From an uncultured Bacilli bacterium (GTDB taxonomy: Bacteria > Bacillota_I > Bacilli_A > RF39 > UBA660), in contig CAJUKB010000006.1 of assembly GCA_910587325.1 (NCBI GenBank), positions 831-64,830 on the forward strand: a stretch of 64,000 nucleotides of DNA, read 5' to 3'. This document shows, in pieces, positions 41,260-50,451 of this stretch. Every line of letters starts with the position of its first letter. Within the stretch, counting starts at the first letter, position 1. The notes under the pieces were generated by a model, which ran no database searches, was not told the DNA's origin, and saw only the letters and a list, made by a program, of their open reading frames with translations. The position numbers and the translations under genes were made by a program.

Positions 41260-41913
41260 CTATTTGTATTTTTTAAAATCAATTTGTGTTTTATATCTAT
41301 TGCAATTATCTGAATTACAAAAAATATTTAAATAATACCCTAGGACCTTTCCAGTTGTTGAAGTTACTTCATAGCATCTATAGTAATTGATATCTACTGT
41401 ATTTAAAAATGCTATTTCTTCTCCAGCTGATAAGCACTTATCTTGGGATGATGTATCTATATTCCCATTATGAATTGAATAAAAGAAACTATTAGTATCT
41501 ACTATATCATCTCTTACTTCTTCAACCTTAATTTTAGGTTGTTCTGTTATTTTAATTTCCTGGTTACTTGTTTTCTTATCTTCAACTACTTTGGGAACTT
41601 CTATGACATTAGTGTTACTAACATTATCATTCTCCATATTGTTTTTATTAGGAACACTATCATTAGAATCATTATTCTGAATAATGACATGATCTCCCTT
41701 AGTATCTTCAATAATATTTTCTTTATTAAGCTCACCTGATTCAACTTCTTTCTTTTCTTCTTTTTCTTTACCAACATCTACAATCGCACTATTATCCTTT
41801 TCTAGTTCTATCGAACTTTTTTTATAATAATGTGTTGTAAAAAGAAAAGATATTGTAAAGAATATTACGAAAGTAAAAAACAGTTTTTTCATCCTTTTCA
41901 CCTCATAAAACAT
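41260..41913 (-). CDS. Membrane-anchored hypothetical protein
   Basis: 217 aa. N-terminal TM, then a low-complexity N/D/E/K-rich region. Confidence 0.4.
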   Translation of the reverse strand: MFYEVKRMKKLFFTFVIFFTISFLFTTHYYKKSSIELEKDNSAIVDVGKEKEEKKEVESGELNKENIIEDTKGDHVIIQNNDSNDSVPNKNNMENDNVSNTNVIEVPKVVEDKKTSNQEIKITEQPKIKVEEVRDDIVDTNSFFYSIHNGNIDTSSQDKCLSAGEEIAFLNTVDINYYRCYEVTSTTGKVLGYYLNIFCNSDNCNRYKTQIDFKKYK

Positions 41914-41945
41914 TATATATTGAAGTTATAAGTAATTCTAAGGTG

Positions 41946-42878
41946 CTACATATCTAAATCATAGGCATCACCCCTTTCAAGTTTTTTATCTTTAGAATAA
42001 TTAATTAAAGCATTTATAATGTACTGTTCTATATACCTTTTATCCTTTTTTAATAATTCAGAAGGGAGTACATCTTCTATTCTTTTCTTATTAAATGAAA
42101 TTTGTTCTTTTTGATTTCCTTTTTCTTCACTTAATATTTCATCTAAAATTTCTTCATTTAATTTATTTTGTTCTTCTAACTTTCTAATTTCAATAGCTTG
42201 AGCATGAGAAGGAGTTGCTTGATTGTAATCAATGGCATCTGCTACTAACTGTTGATTAGCTGTTGATAAAAAAGATAATTCTACAGCTGGTTTTATACCT
42301 ATTGTTAATGGTTCATTTCTATTAAGAACAGTTTTATCTACATACTCTAATAACTCTGGAATCAAATAAGTAAGTCTAATATATCTTTTTATATTCGTAG
42401 CACTTTCTCCAAATTCTAAGCCTATTTTTTCTACAGAATTTAACTTTAGTTCCTGAGGGTCCAAAGTATCAATTTTTTTGCCTTGATGTTTCATTGCCTC
42501 TAATTTCATCTTGTAAGCAAATGCTTTTTCACTTGGTAAAACTAATTCTCTTTGCAAATTAGAATCTACCATTTCAATAATAGCTTGATCATTAGTTAAT
42601 TCCTTTACTACAGCAGGTATTGTTTTTTCATTATTTTGTTTCATAGCTAACAATCGTCTATGCCCAGAAATCATTTCATATCTACCATCTTCTTTTTTTC
42701 TTAAAACTACTGGATTTAATAATCCATTATTTTTAATACTTTGCCTTAATTCAAAAAAACTTAAATCCTCATTTACTTTAAATGGATGATTTTTAAAACT
42801 GTCTATTAAAGATATATCTATATCTTTTATTTGATTTTGACCCTTTGCCATAAGTTCCTCCTTCCTATTTTTGTCCAC
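41946..42878 (-). CDS. ParB/Srx-like nuclease-domain protein (ICE partition or transfer accessory)
   Basis: N-terminal ParB box LLNPVVLRKKEDGRYEMISGHRRLLA (GHRR arginine finger region). Helical C-terminal part. Confidence 0.7.
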   Translation of the reverse strand: MDKNRKEELMAKGQNQIKDIDISLIDSFKNHPFKVNEDLSFFELRQSIKNNGLLNPVVLRKKEDGRYEMISGHRRLLAMKQNNEKTIPAVVKELTNDQAIIEMVDSNLQRELVLPSEKAFAYKMKLEAMKHQGKKIDTLDPQELKLNSVEKIGLEFGESATNIKRYIRLTYLIPELLEYVDKTVLNRNEPLTIGIKPAVELSFLSTANQQLVADAIDYNQATPSHAQAIEIRKLEEQNKLNEEILDEILSEEKGNQKEQISFNKKRIEDVLPSELLKKDKRYIEQYIINALINYSKDKKLERGDAYDLDM

Positions 42879-42909
42879 AAAAAAACACCAATTAAGGTGC
42901 TAACATTTT

Positions 42910-43512
42910 TTATTTTGTTTCAATTTGTCTTTTTATAGCATTATATCTATTGTGCCACCATGTTGCATTATCATTTGCCTCATCTATTTCTGCTTGTAAA
43001 TTTAAAATATAATCTAAAAATTCATAGCATTCACTATGCTCTAAATAAAAATCACAATCTTCCTTAACACTTCTTTTTAATTCTTCTAAAATCTCTAATT
43101 GCCTCTTTGCATATAAGTCAATTTCATCAATATCAGATTCTGTTGTTCTTTCATTCTCATATAATTCATAATAATTAAATTTACATTTTTTCCAAATATC
43201 TTCGATTTCATATTCTATTTCATCTAAATCCATACATTCTATTGCATATATTTTAGTTTTAACCCAAAATTTATCTTTTTGTGTTACTAAAATAAATTCA
43301 TAATTATAACTATCATTTAGTTCATATTCATATACATCAATATAATATTTGACTCCTTTATTATCTTTGATTTTCTTTTGAAAAAATCTATTTGCATATT
43401 GTTCTGTTTTTGGAACATCTGATTCCTTATATCCTGCATTTATCAATACTTTATCTGTCATAAATATCTTCCTCCTATTTATTGTTTTTATAAACAATGT
43501 CTGAAAATTCAA
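42910..43512 (-). CDS. Hypothetical protein
   Basis: 200-aa ORF, acidic, no motifs. Confidence 0.35.
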   Translation of the reverse strand: MNFQTLFIKTINRRKIFMTDKVLINAGYKESDVPKTEQYANRFFQKKIKDNKGVKYYIDVYEYELNDSYNYEFILVTQKDKFWVKTKIYAIECMDLDEIEYEIEDIWKKCKFNYYELYENERTTESDIDEIDLYAKRQLEILEELKRSVKEDCDFYLEHSECYEFLDYILNLQAEIDEANDNATWWHNRYNAIKRQIETK

Positions 43513-43894
43513 AAATTCTTTTGCAACTATGACAAGCTATTGCAGTTATATCACATCCAATTATTGATTCTCCATCTCCTTTTATTAGAGATATACTAAG
43601 TGACTTACAAATTGGACATTTTATACTATTTTGAGATAGCACCTCACTTTGCTTTAAATTACTTTTTATGATCTCAAAGTCTTCCATTGTAATTTTGGCT
43701 AATTTTCTTATATAAGATAATTCAATATAATCATTAGGATTTCCAATTCTTTTCATATATTCAGTTCCACCATCTACAGCTACCGATTTACAACTACAAT
43801 ATTTTAAATCATTAACATCAGTGGATTCTATAATATCCTCACATTTTTTACATTTAATTTTATTATGTTTAATTTTAAATACTATTTCCTGCAT
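43475..43894 (-). CDS. Zinc-ribbon hypothetical protein
   Basis: 139 aa with four CxxC pairs (CKKCED, CSCKS, CPICKS, CHSCKR). Confidence 0.4.
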   Translation of the reverse strand: MQEIVFKIKHNKIKCKKCEDIIESTDVNDLKYCSCKSVAVDGGTEYMKRIGNPNDYIELSYIRKLAKITMEDFEIIKSNLKQSEVLSQNSIKCPICKSLSISLIKGDGESIIGCDITAIACHSCKRIFEFSDIVYKNNK

Positions 43895-44004
43895 AATTTC
43901 TCTCCATACATTGCATTATACATAATTTATAAATTACTTAAAAAGGTGCAAAATAAAAACTAGCTACATTAAATATAACTAGCATATCCTAATATTGGTC
44001 AAAA

Positions 44005-44030
44005 CTATACATAAGGAAACCTTTCACCTC
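44005..44030. repeat. Right ICE junction (attR-like): 12-bp arm CTATACATAAGG, 8-nt spacer, CACCTC crossover repeat
   Basis: Mirror image of the left junction. The arm is the exact reverse complement of 10198-10209. Confidence 0.6.
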
Positions 44031-44334
44031 CTGCATTTATATGATTAGACACAAGAATCACATCATTACCCTTTCCATAAAAACTCTGTGCTCTACCTGG
44101 TCTAACATCAGGAGATAAAGTTTCATCTGTAGTTCTTGTCATACTATTTTCGATTCCTAAATCATCCAAACGATTATGAATATATTCACTTATCTTTAAT
44201 GTATATTCTTTTTCTGTTATTCCATTTGCAATAGTCCCAGGATCAGTACCACCATGACCAGAATCTATTACCACTTTTTTTGTAGCTCTTATTGACATGT
44301 TTTTCACCTCTACTATAAAATATGTTAAAAGCAC
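44005..44334 (-). pseudogene. 5' fragment of the split cell-wall amidase gene (Amidase_3 N-terminal half)
   Basis: VIDSGHGGTDPG...ILVSNHINAGG is the N-terminal Amidase_3 signature. The ORF stops at a TAG inside the ICE arm directly after NAGG. Its continuation (GDGAEVIY...) lies at 10187 on the other side of the element. Confidence 0.75.
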
Positions 44335-44635
44335 ATTTTTGGTTAAAAGTAATAATAAATCCTAATAATAGTCTTTTCTTTCTTGATGTGAATTATCTAT
44401 TTTTAATTTCTCTTCAAATTTAATTTATTTATGTCACATAATTCAAGATAAAATACAACATAAGTTTGTCAAAAACTTTTTAATACCAGAATACAATATG
44501 GACAAAATAATGGAATTTTGGTATTCTAAAAATGAAAAAGAGATTGAGAAATATAAATATTTAATTATGTTAGACTTAGGTTTAGAAGATCTAGAGAAAT
44601 TAAGTAAAAAAGATAAAGTAGTGGAGGAACACAAA

Positions 44636-44888
44636 ATGGATGTAGAAATCATTAATCGAGATGTAAGATTTAGAGAATATATGATTGAAGAGGAAAACAA
44701 GAGAAAATGTTATAATTCTGATATTTCCATTGCGAAAGAAGAAGGATTACAAAAGGGTATGAAAGAACAAGCATAAAAATCGCTAAGAATTTACTACAAC
44801 TAGAAATAAATACTCTTGAAAAAATTGCAAAAGCAACAGAATTATTTTTAGAAGAAGTACAAAATTTACAAAAGATTGAACTAGAATA
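44636..44888 (+). pseudogene. Frameshifted remnant of the C-terminus of an Rpn/YhgA-like (PD-(D/E)XK transposase_31 family) nuclease gene
   Basis: ...RFREYMIEEENKRKCYNSDISIAKEEGLQKGMKEQA, then in the next frame IAKNLLQLEINTLEKIAKATELFLEEVQNL. This matches the characteristic repetitive C-terminal tail of that family. No N-terminal nuclease domain is present. Confidence 0.4.
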
Positions 44889-44969
44889 AAAGCAAAAAAT
44901 TCTAGTTTTTATTTACTATAAAGCATAAAAATTTATTCTTCTTATCATACTAAAAAAAGGTGAATTTCT

Positions 44970-46907
44970 ATGCGTAAGATTCGTTTTTTATTTAAATTTA
45001 GTATTTTTATGTTTGTAGCTTTTTTAATTGTAATGGTTGGTTTATATACCTATGCTTATTTTAGTCCTAAATTAGAACTTACAAGCATTGGACAAATGTA
45101 TATTTATGACAAAGATTCACAACTTGTTTATCAAGGAAGTGGTAGTAGTGAATGGGTAAACCTAGAGGATATCTCTCCTTATTTAATTGATGCCGTTATT
45201 AATGTTGAAGATAAAAATTTTTATAAACACCAAGGATTTGATTATTTACGTATTGCAAAAGCTATGCTATTAAATATAAAAAATAAAAGTATTGTACAAG
45301 GAGCTAGTACGATAAGCCAACAATATATTAAAAATATGTATTTGGATTTTGATCAAACATGGCGAAGAAAAATAGAAGAAGCATTCTTAACTTTAGAACT
45401 AGAAGTACATTACGATAAAGATGAAATATTGGAAGGGTACTTGAATACTATTAATTTTGGTGCAGGAAATTATGGTGTTCTAAATGCAAGCAAGTATTAC
45501 TTTAATAAAGATGCAAATGAACTTTCTCTAGAAGAAGCCATAATGCTTGCAGGTATTCCAAAAAATCCTAGTAACTATAATCCTGTCAACCATTATGATA
45601 AATGTATTGAGAGAGCAAAAATAGTTGCTTTATCTATGTATAATAATAATGTACTTGATGCAGAAACATATAACAATTTATTTAAAGAACCAATTGAAAT
45701 ATATGGAAAGCGAGAAACAAATAATTTGCAGATGTTAATGTATTATCAAGATGCGGTATTAAAAGAATTAGAAACATTACCTGGAATTCCTACTTCCTTA
45801 CTTGATTCGGGAAGTTTAAAAATCTATACAAGTTTGGATATGCTTGCCCAAACGAAATTAGAAAGTGAAATACTTGAAAATGTTACCGATGAAAATTTAC
45901 AAATAGCAAGTATTTTAGTTGACCCAGAAAGTGGGGCAGTAAGAGCATTAACAGGGGGAAAGAATTATGCAGAAAGTCAATTTAATCGTGCTTTACAAGC
46001 CAAAAGACAAGTAGGATCTACGATGAAACCATTTTTGTATTATGCAGCTTTAGAAAATGGAATGACGTCTTCTACCACTTTTGCAAGTGAACCTACCAAT
46101 TTTGTTTTTTCTAATAACCAAGTGTATAGTCCTAATAATTTTAATAATATTTATGCCAATAAAGACATTACTATGGCGGCTGCTCTTGCCTATTCTGATA
46201 ATATTTATGCTGTAAAAACACATTTATTTTTAGGAGAAGAAACACTTGTAGAAACCGCAGAAAAGATGGGAATAACTGAAGAATTAACTCCTAATCCCTC
46301 TTTAGCCTTAGGGACAAGTGAAATGACAATGCTTAACTTTGCAAATGGTTATACGACACTCGCAAATGGAGGATATCTAACGGATAATTATTTTATAGAA
46401 AGAGTAGAGGACTTAAACGGACACGTATTGTATGAACATAAGAACAAGAAAAAAATGGTTTTAAATTCTAATTATGTTTATATATTAAATGAAATGTTAT
46501 CAAATACTAGTAATGCTAAATTTCAAAGTTATACTTCTCCAACTGCTTTATCGATTGCTTCTAAAATGAGTAAAAAATACGCCTTAAAAACAGGGACTAC
46601 CAAAACAGACTATTGGACGGTTGGCTATAATAAAGATGCACTTTTAATGATATGGCTTGGATATGATGATGCAAGTGAAATTGAGAGTGTTGCAAGTAGA
46701 TGGGCTAAGAATATTTGGGTGAATACGATTGAAGATTATTTAAAAGAGAAAGAGGATAATTGGTATGAAACACCTAGTAATATTGTAGGAATACTACAAG
46801 ACCCTGTTACAGGTAAACCGGTAACAAATGGCAGCGCAAGTGTATTTTATTATGTGAAGGGTAGCGAAGGAAATTCTATAAGTCCTGATGTGAAGGCTAC
46901 GGAATAA
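44970..46907 (+). CDS. Class A penicillin-binding protein (glycosyltransferase GT51 + transpeptidase)
   Basis: N-terminal TM. GT51 motifs EDKNFYKHQG and GASTISQQYIKN. Transpeptidase motifs STMKP (SxxK), SDN (SxN) and KTGT. Confidence 0.85.
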   Translation: MRKIRFLFKFSIFMFVAFLIVMVGLYTYAYFSPKLELTSIGQMYIYDKDSQLVYQGSGSSEWVNLEDISPYLIDAVINVEDKNFYKHQGFDYLRIAKAMLLNIKNKSIVQGASTISQQYIKNMYLDFDQTWRRKIEEAFLTLELEVHYDKDEILEGYLNTINFGAGNYGVLNASKYYFNKDANELSLEEAIMLAGIPKNPSNYNPVNHYDKCIERAKIVALSMYNNNVLDAETYNNLFKEPIEIYGKRETNNLQMLMYYQDAVLKELETLPGIPTSLLDSGSLKIYTSLDMLAQTKLESEILENVTDENLQIASILVDPESGAVRALTGGKNYAESQFNRALQAKRQVGSTMKPFLYYAALENGMTSSTTFASEPTNFVFSNNQVYSPNNFNNIYANKDITMAAALAYSDNIYAVKTHLFLGEETLVETAEKMGITEELTPNPSLALGTSEMTMLNFANGYTTLANGGYLTDNYFIERVEDLNGHVLYEHKNKKKMVLNSNYVYILNEMLSNTSNAKFQSYTSPTALSIASKMSKKYALKTGTTKTDYWTVGYNKDALLMIWLGYDDASEIESVASRWAKNIWVNTIEDYLKEKEDNWYETPSNIVGILQDPVTGKPVTNGSASVFYYVKGSEGNSISPDVKATE

Positions 46908-46914
46908 AAAGACT

Positions 46915-47298
46915 CTAACATTTTTGTGTGCTAGAGTTTTTTACTAAATTTCTTTTGGGATTATTATCTATAGTTTGTCCTAATTTTTCGTTTATTATTT
47001 TTTCAAAATATAAATATTCTTCTGTTTGATTCATATTACTACCTGATTCTTTTATTGCTTCACATCTTCTTTTTATAAATTCTAAATAATCATCAAAGTC
47101 TCCAAATTTATTATATTTACAATCTATAATATCATCTAAGATTTCGTAATTATAATAGGCAAAAAAGGCACACATTCTTAAATTATCCCTTGTACTTTGA
47201 TCTTTATTGCCAAATTCAATAGCCCAAAAAATTTGGTTATCTATTTCTTTTAAAATTTGTCTTCTATTTTGTGATTGGCTTTTACTAAAACTTTCCAT
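46915..47298 (-). CDS. Hypothetical protein
   Basis: 127-aa ORF, no motifs. Confidence 0.4.
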   Translation of the reverse strand: MESFSKSQSQNRRQILKEIDNQIFWAIEFGNKDQSTRDNLRMCAFFAYYNYEILDDIIDCKYNKFGDFDDYLEFIKRRCEAIKESGSNMNQTEEYLYFEKIINEKLGQTIDNNPKRNLVKNSSTQKC

Positions 47299-47419
47299 AC
47301 CAGTTTCCTCTTTTCAAATTTAATTTATTTTAAAATAGATTTTTTTATTTTTCAACTTCTTTTTTCACATTTACCATATATTTTAAATATTTATCCATTA
47401 TTTATAAGCGAAAAGAAAT

Positions 47420-48220
47420 TTATTTTTTCAATTTCTTTATATATTCAATTGCAGGCATACTATGTTGAAAAAAGGGAAGTCCATATTGACTACATAATAT
47501 TTGTATTTTTTCTAACTCTCTAGTTACATCAACATATTGAACAGATAAATCATTTTCTAAACATTCCATCAATGGAGCTCGTTGATATTCATAAGTAGTG
47601 GGAAAAGTTTTTAATCTTTTTAATATAGAGTTATCCACAATAATGCCACTCGATAAAACTAAGGTTGTATAATCTTTGCATCTCTTTATAATTTCTAATG
47701 GTTCTTCAATTGAAATAAATTCATTTGGACATAGTGGTTTTATTGTTAAAAAAGTAATAATGTTTTTTAGGTAAACTTCCGATAAAAATTCCATTCTTTG
47801 ATAAGGTGTAGGTATTAAGGGATTATTTTCTAATTTTTGATAGGATTTCAAAGCAGGAATAGAAATACAAAAGAATAAATATTTTCCTTCTTCTTTCATT
47901 CTAGAATTAAGTTCAGCTAAACGATTTAATTCCTCTTGATTAAATATATTTCGAGTTGTCATTAATATATTACAATGATAAGCTTCAAAAATTTTTTCAG
48001 CTAATTCTAAGCCTTGGTTTGGTTCAAAAAAGTTTTCTTTATGTCCTGAAATATAAATAACATTAGGATTTTTTTCTTGTAAACTACTAACTATTTTTGG
48101 TATAGAATCTTCTCCTTTTATTTGGTAATTTGGATTAAACGTATAACAATGTAAGCAAGCATATGGGCACGTGCCTGAAAAGGAGGCAAACTCTCTTTTA
48201 TAAAGATTTTCTTTATTCAT
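47420..48220 (-). CDS. Radical SAM domain protein
   Basis: CxxxCxxC cluster CPYACLHC near the N-terminus. 266 aa. Confidence 0.55.
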   Translation of the reverse strand: MNKENLYKREFASFSGTCPYACLHCYTFNPNYQIKGEDSIPKIVSSLQEKNPNVIYISGHKENFFEPNQGLELAEKIFEAYHCNILMTTRNIFNQEELNRLAELNSRMKEEGKYLFFCISIPALKSYQKLENNPLIPTPYQRMEFLSEVYLKNIITFLTIKPLCPNEFISIEEPLEIIKRCKDYTTLVLSSGIIVDNSILKRLKTFPTTYEYQRAPLMECLENDLSVQYVDVTRELEKIQILCSQYGLPFFQHSMPAIEYIKKLKK

Positions 48221-48244
48221 ACCAAAACCCTTTCTTTATATTTT

Positions 48245-49252
48245 TTATTTGTTAACTATACCTTTACAAGGTTCATTATTAAATATTTGTATTAAATTTT
48301 CAATACACATTTTTTCAACTCTTTTTGTACCTTCTAATGCATTATGTCCAGTGTGAGGTGTTAAAATAAATTTTCCTGTTGGTAAAGTTAAAAGTTTTGC
48401 TTCTTCGGTTGTTAAATCAACAGGCTCTTGATAAAAGCCATCGAAAGCACATCCTGCAATTTGATTAGTTTTTAAACAATTATATAGAGCATTAGCATCT
48501 ACAATTTCCGCTCTTGCCGTATTAATAAAATAAGCACTTTTTTTCATTAAAGATAATTCATTTTCTCCAATTAAATTTTTGGTTTCAATATTTAAAGGTA
48601 AATGAAGAGATACAATATCAGAATTTCTAAATATTTCTTCTAAAGAAACTTTCCTCGCATTGTATTTGTTTGCGATTTCGGATTTGTCTTCTTTATCATA
48701 ATATAAAATTTCTGCATGAAAAGCATTATACATAATTTCAGCAAAATATGTTCCAATATGTCCTAGTCCAATTATTCCAATAACTTTATCTTTTAAGTCA
48801 AAAAATTTTTTTTCTTCCCATTTTCCATTTTTAGTTTCTTCATGATGTTGTAATAACTTTTGATTAAGAGTAAATATAAGTCCTAGAGTGAATTCTGCTA
48901 CAGAGTAAGAATTTACTTTTGGAGTATTTGCAACTATTTTCTCATATTTTTGAGCAACTTCAGTATCTATACATTTTGCATAGCCTATTCCAAAAAATTG
49001 AATTACTTTTAATTTTTCACATTTACTTAAAACTTCTTCCGTATATTTTTCTTCTCCATTTACAATAACGGCATCACAATCTTGCAATACTTCTATTAAT
49101 TTTTCTTGTGTAAGATTTGGAGAAGTTGGTATGATTTCTAAATTTTTTTCTTTTAATTTTTCTATTTTTTCTTCATTAAACGTACAGCCTGTAAATAAAA
49201 CTTTTATCATTCCTTTGCCTTCTTTCTTATTCATTTTAACATATATTTTCAA
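48245..49252 (-). CDS. D-isomer-specific 2-hydroxyacid dehydrogenase family (NAD-binding)
   Basis: Rossmann motif VIGIIGLGHIGTYFA. Conserved catalytic region ...TPHTGHNALE. Confidence 0.8.
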   Translation of the reverse strand: MKIYVKMNKKEGKGMIKVLFTGCTFNEEKIEKLKEKNLEIIPTSPNLTQEKLIEVLQDCDAVIVNGEEKYTEEVLSKCEKLKVIQFFGIGYAKCIDTEVAQKYEKIVANTPKVNSYSVAEFTLGLIFTLNQKLLQHHEETKNGKWEEKKFFDLKDKVIGIIGLGHIGTYFAEIMYNAFHAEILYYDKEDKSEIANKYNARKVSLEEIFRNSDIVSLHLPLNIETKNLIGENELSLMKKSAYFINTARAEIVDANALYNCLKTNQIAGCAFDGFYQEPVDLTTEEAKLLTLPTGKFILTPHTGHNALEGTKRVEKMCIENLIQIFNNEPCKGIVNK

Positions 49253-49267
49253 TACTTATCCACTTAT

Positions 49268-49420
49268 TTTGACATGTTTTGTCGAATTGCTTGTAATCTA
49301 TTTTTTTTACATTATAATAGCAACTCGTGTTACCGAATTAATATTGCTTACTTTCATTTCAAGTAGTACAGGGGGTATGAAAACAATGAAGGTTATGAAC
49401 AAAGAGTAATCTTTAAGTAA
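49268..49420 (+). repeat. Copy A of a ~150-bp promoter-leader-small-ORF unit (TTGACA-17-TGTAAT, leader, SD, truncated 10-codon ORF)
   Basis: Shares ATGTTTTGTCGAA(T/A)TG..., TATAATAGCAACTCGTGTTACC, and ...GGGG(G)T..TTATGAACAAAGA blocks with 50060-50245. Confidence 0.5.
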
Positions 49421-49483
49421 TAATAATTGTATTTGGTTGATTCAAAAAAAAGCATTATCTAATTTGATAACACTTTTTTTGTT

Positions 49484-49996
49484 TTATAAATTTAAACTTC
49501 TTTGTTGATTTTTAGTTTTATTTAATTTATTTTGAACATCAGTTAATTCATTTACTATATTTACTAAAATATCCAATTCACTTTGATTTAATTTAGTTAT
49601 AAAGATTTTTTCTATATTAGAATACTTATCAATAATATAATTTAACCAATTTCTAAATTTTTCTTCCATTTGGTTATCTAAATCTTGTTCTATTTCTTCT
49701 TCAGAGCTTTCTAAATATTCTAATAAACCCTCTGTTGTAGGAGTAGGTTCTCCATCAATTTCACAATTATGTAAATATCTTAAATAGGGGTCACTCAGTG
49801 TAATAAAAGCTTTTGTAGTAATTTCTAAGTCTTTTGGTTTATATTTCTTTTCTACTTTAATTAAAGATTGTTCTATTTTCATAAATTTGGAACAAAAAGC
49901 TATTTTTATTTTACTCATAGGTGAATTCATTGGTATTTCTAAATACTCCCAATAATTGATAAATTCTTGATTTTCATTATTTTTTTCCATATACAA
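49484..49996 (-). CDS. J-domain-like protein lacking the canonical HPD tripeptide
   Basis: N-terminus YWEYLEIP..NSP.SKIKIAF...KKYKPKD...AFITLSDPYLRYLH follows the DnaJ J-domain pattern (YYEILGV...IKKAY..KYHPD...LSDP.KR). HPD is replaced by KPKD. Acidic C-terminal half. Confidence 0.45.
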   Translation of the reverse strand: MYMEKNNENQEFINYWEYLEIPMNSPMSKIKIAFCSKFMKIEQSLIKVEKKYKPKDLEITTKAFITLSDPYLRYLHNCEIDGEPTPTTEGLLEYLESSEEEIEQDLDNQMEEKFRNWLNYIIDKYSNIEKIFITKLNQSELDILVNIVNELTDVQNKLNKTKNQQRSLNL

Positions 49997-50059
49997 AATC
50001 TCCTTAAGTTTGCTTTATATTACCTAATTAAGTTCAAAAAAGCAAGTACATTAATTTCT

Positions 50060-50245
50060 AATCATATTTTGGTATGTTTTGTCGAAATGATTGCAAATTA
50101 AATTTAAAACTATATAATAGCAACTCGTGTTACCAAAGAGTAGCGCCTTACTACTTTAAATTCTACAAGTACAAACATCAAGATTTTTTTAATCAGGGGG
50201 GTTTGGAAAGTAGGAGGTGAAGAAGTTATGAACAAAGAACATATG
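50060..50245 (+). repeat. Copy B of the promoter-leader unit, followed by a 28-codon hydrophobic ORF
   Basis: TTGGTA-17-TGCAAA promoter-like. Conserved leader blocks as in copy A. AGGAGGTG SD before ATG at 50228. Confidence 0.5.
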
Positions 50246-50313
50246 CAAAAAATTGTATACATTCTTTTAGTAATTATATTTATGTTAATTGTTGCATTGC
50301 TTCGACTAATATA
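50228..50313 (+). CDS. 28-aa hydrophobic peptide (MNKEHMQKIVYILLVIIFMLIVALLRLI); candidate small membrane toxin / leader peptide
   Basis: Strong SD. Single TM helix. Followed by CTTGGTAACAC (50397-50407), which can pair with CGTGTTACCAAG in the leader. Confidence 0.3.
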
Positions 50314-50451
50314 AAAAACAGACGATAACCAAACACCTAGATTATACTTGATATTCGGTATAGCGTCTATACAAACAAAATTGTAAGGCGTTATCTACTT
50401 GGTAACACTTACATTTATATTTTACTAAACATTAGCTTAATATACAATACA

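Larger units (their letters stand above)
10190..44024. mobile_element. Integrative conjugative element (~33.8 kb) integrated by a large serine recombinase; has a T4SS, relaxase, type I R-M and adhesin cargo
   Basis: Bounded by the CACCTC direct repeat and 12-bp inverted repeats. Splits an amidase ORF. Length 33,841 (3n+1) restores the host reading frame on precise excision. Encodes recombinase, VirD4, VirB4, VirB6-like, relaxase, SSB and M23 hydrolase. Confidence 0.8.

Noticed and set aside
44443-44700. 85-aa minus-strand ORF opposite the Rpn-remnant region
   Set aside because: Ser/Leu/Ile-rich antisense frame. The plus-strand frames carry the recognisable family signature.
49401-49420. 10-codon ORF (MKTMKVMNKE) after copy A of the leader
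   Set aside because: Too short to call a gene. Interpreted as the truncated counterpart of the 28-codon ORF in copy B.
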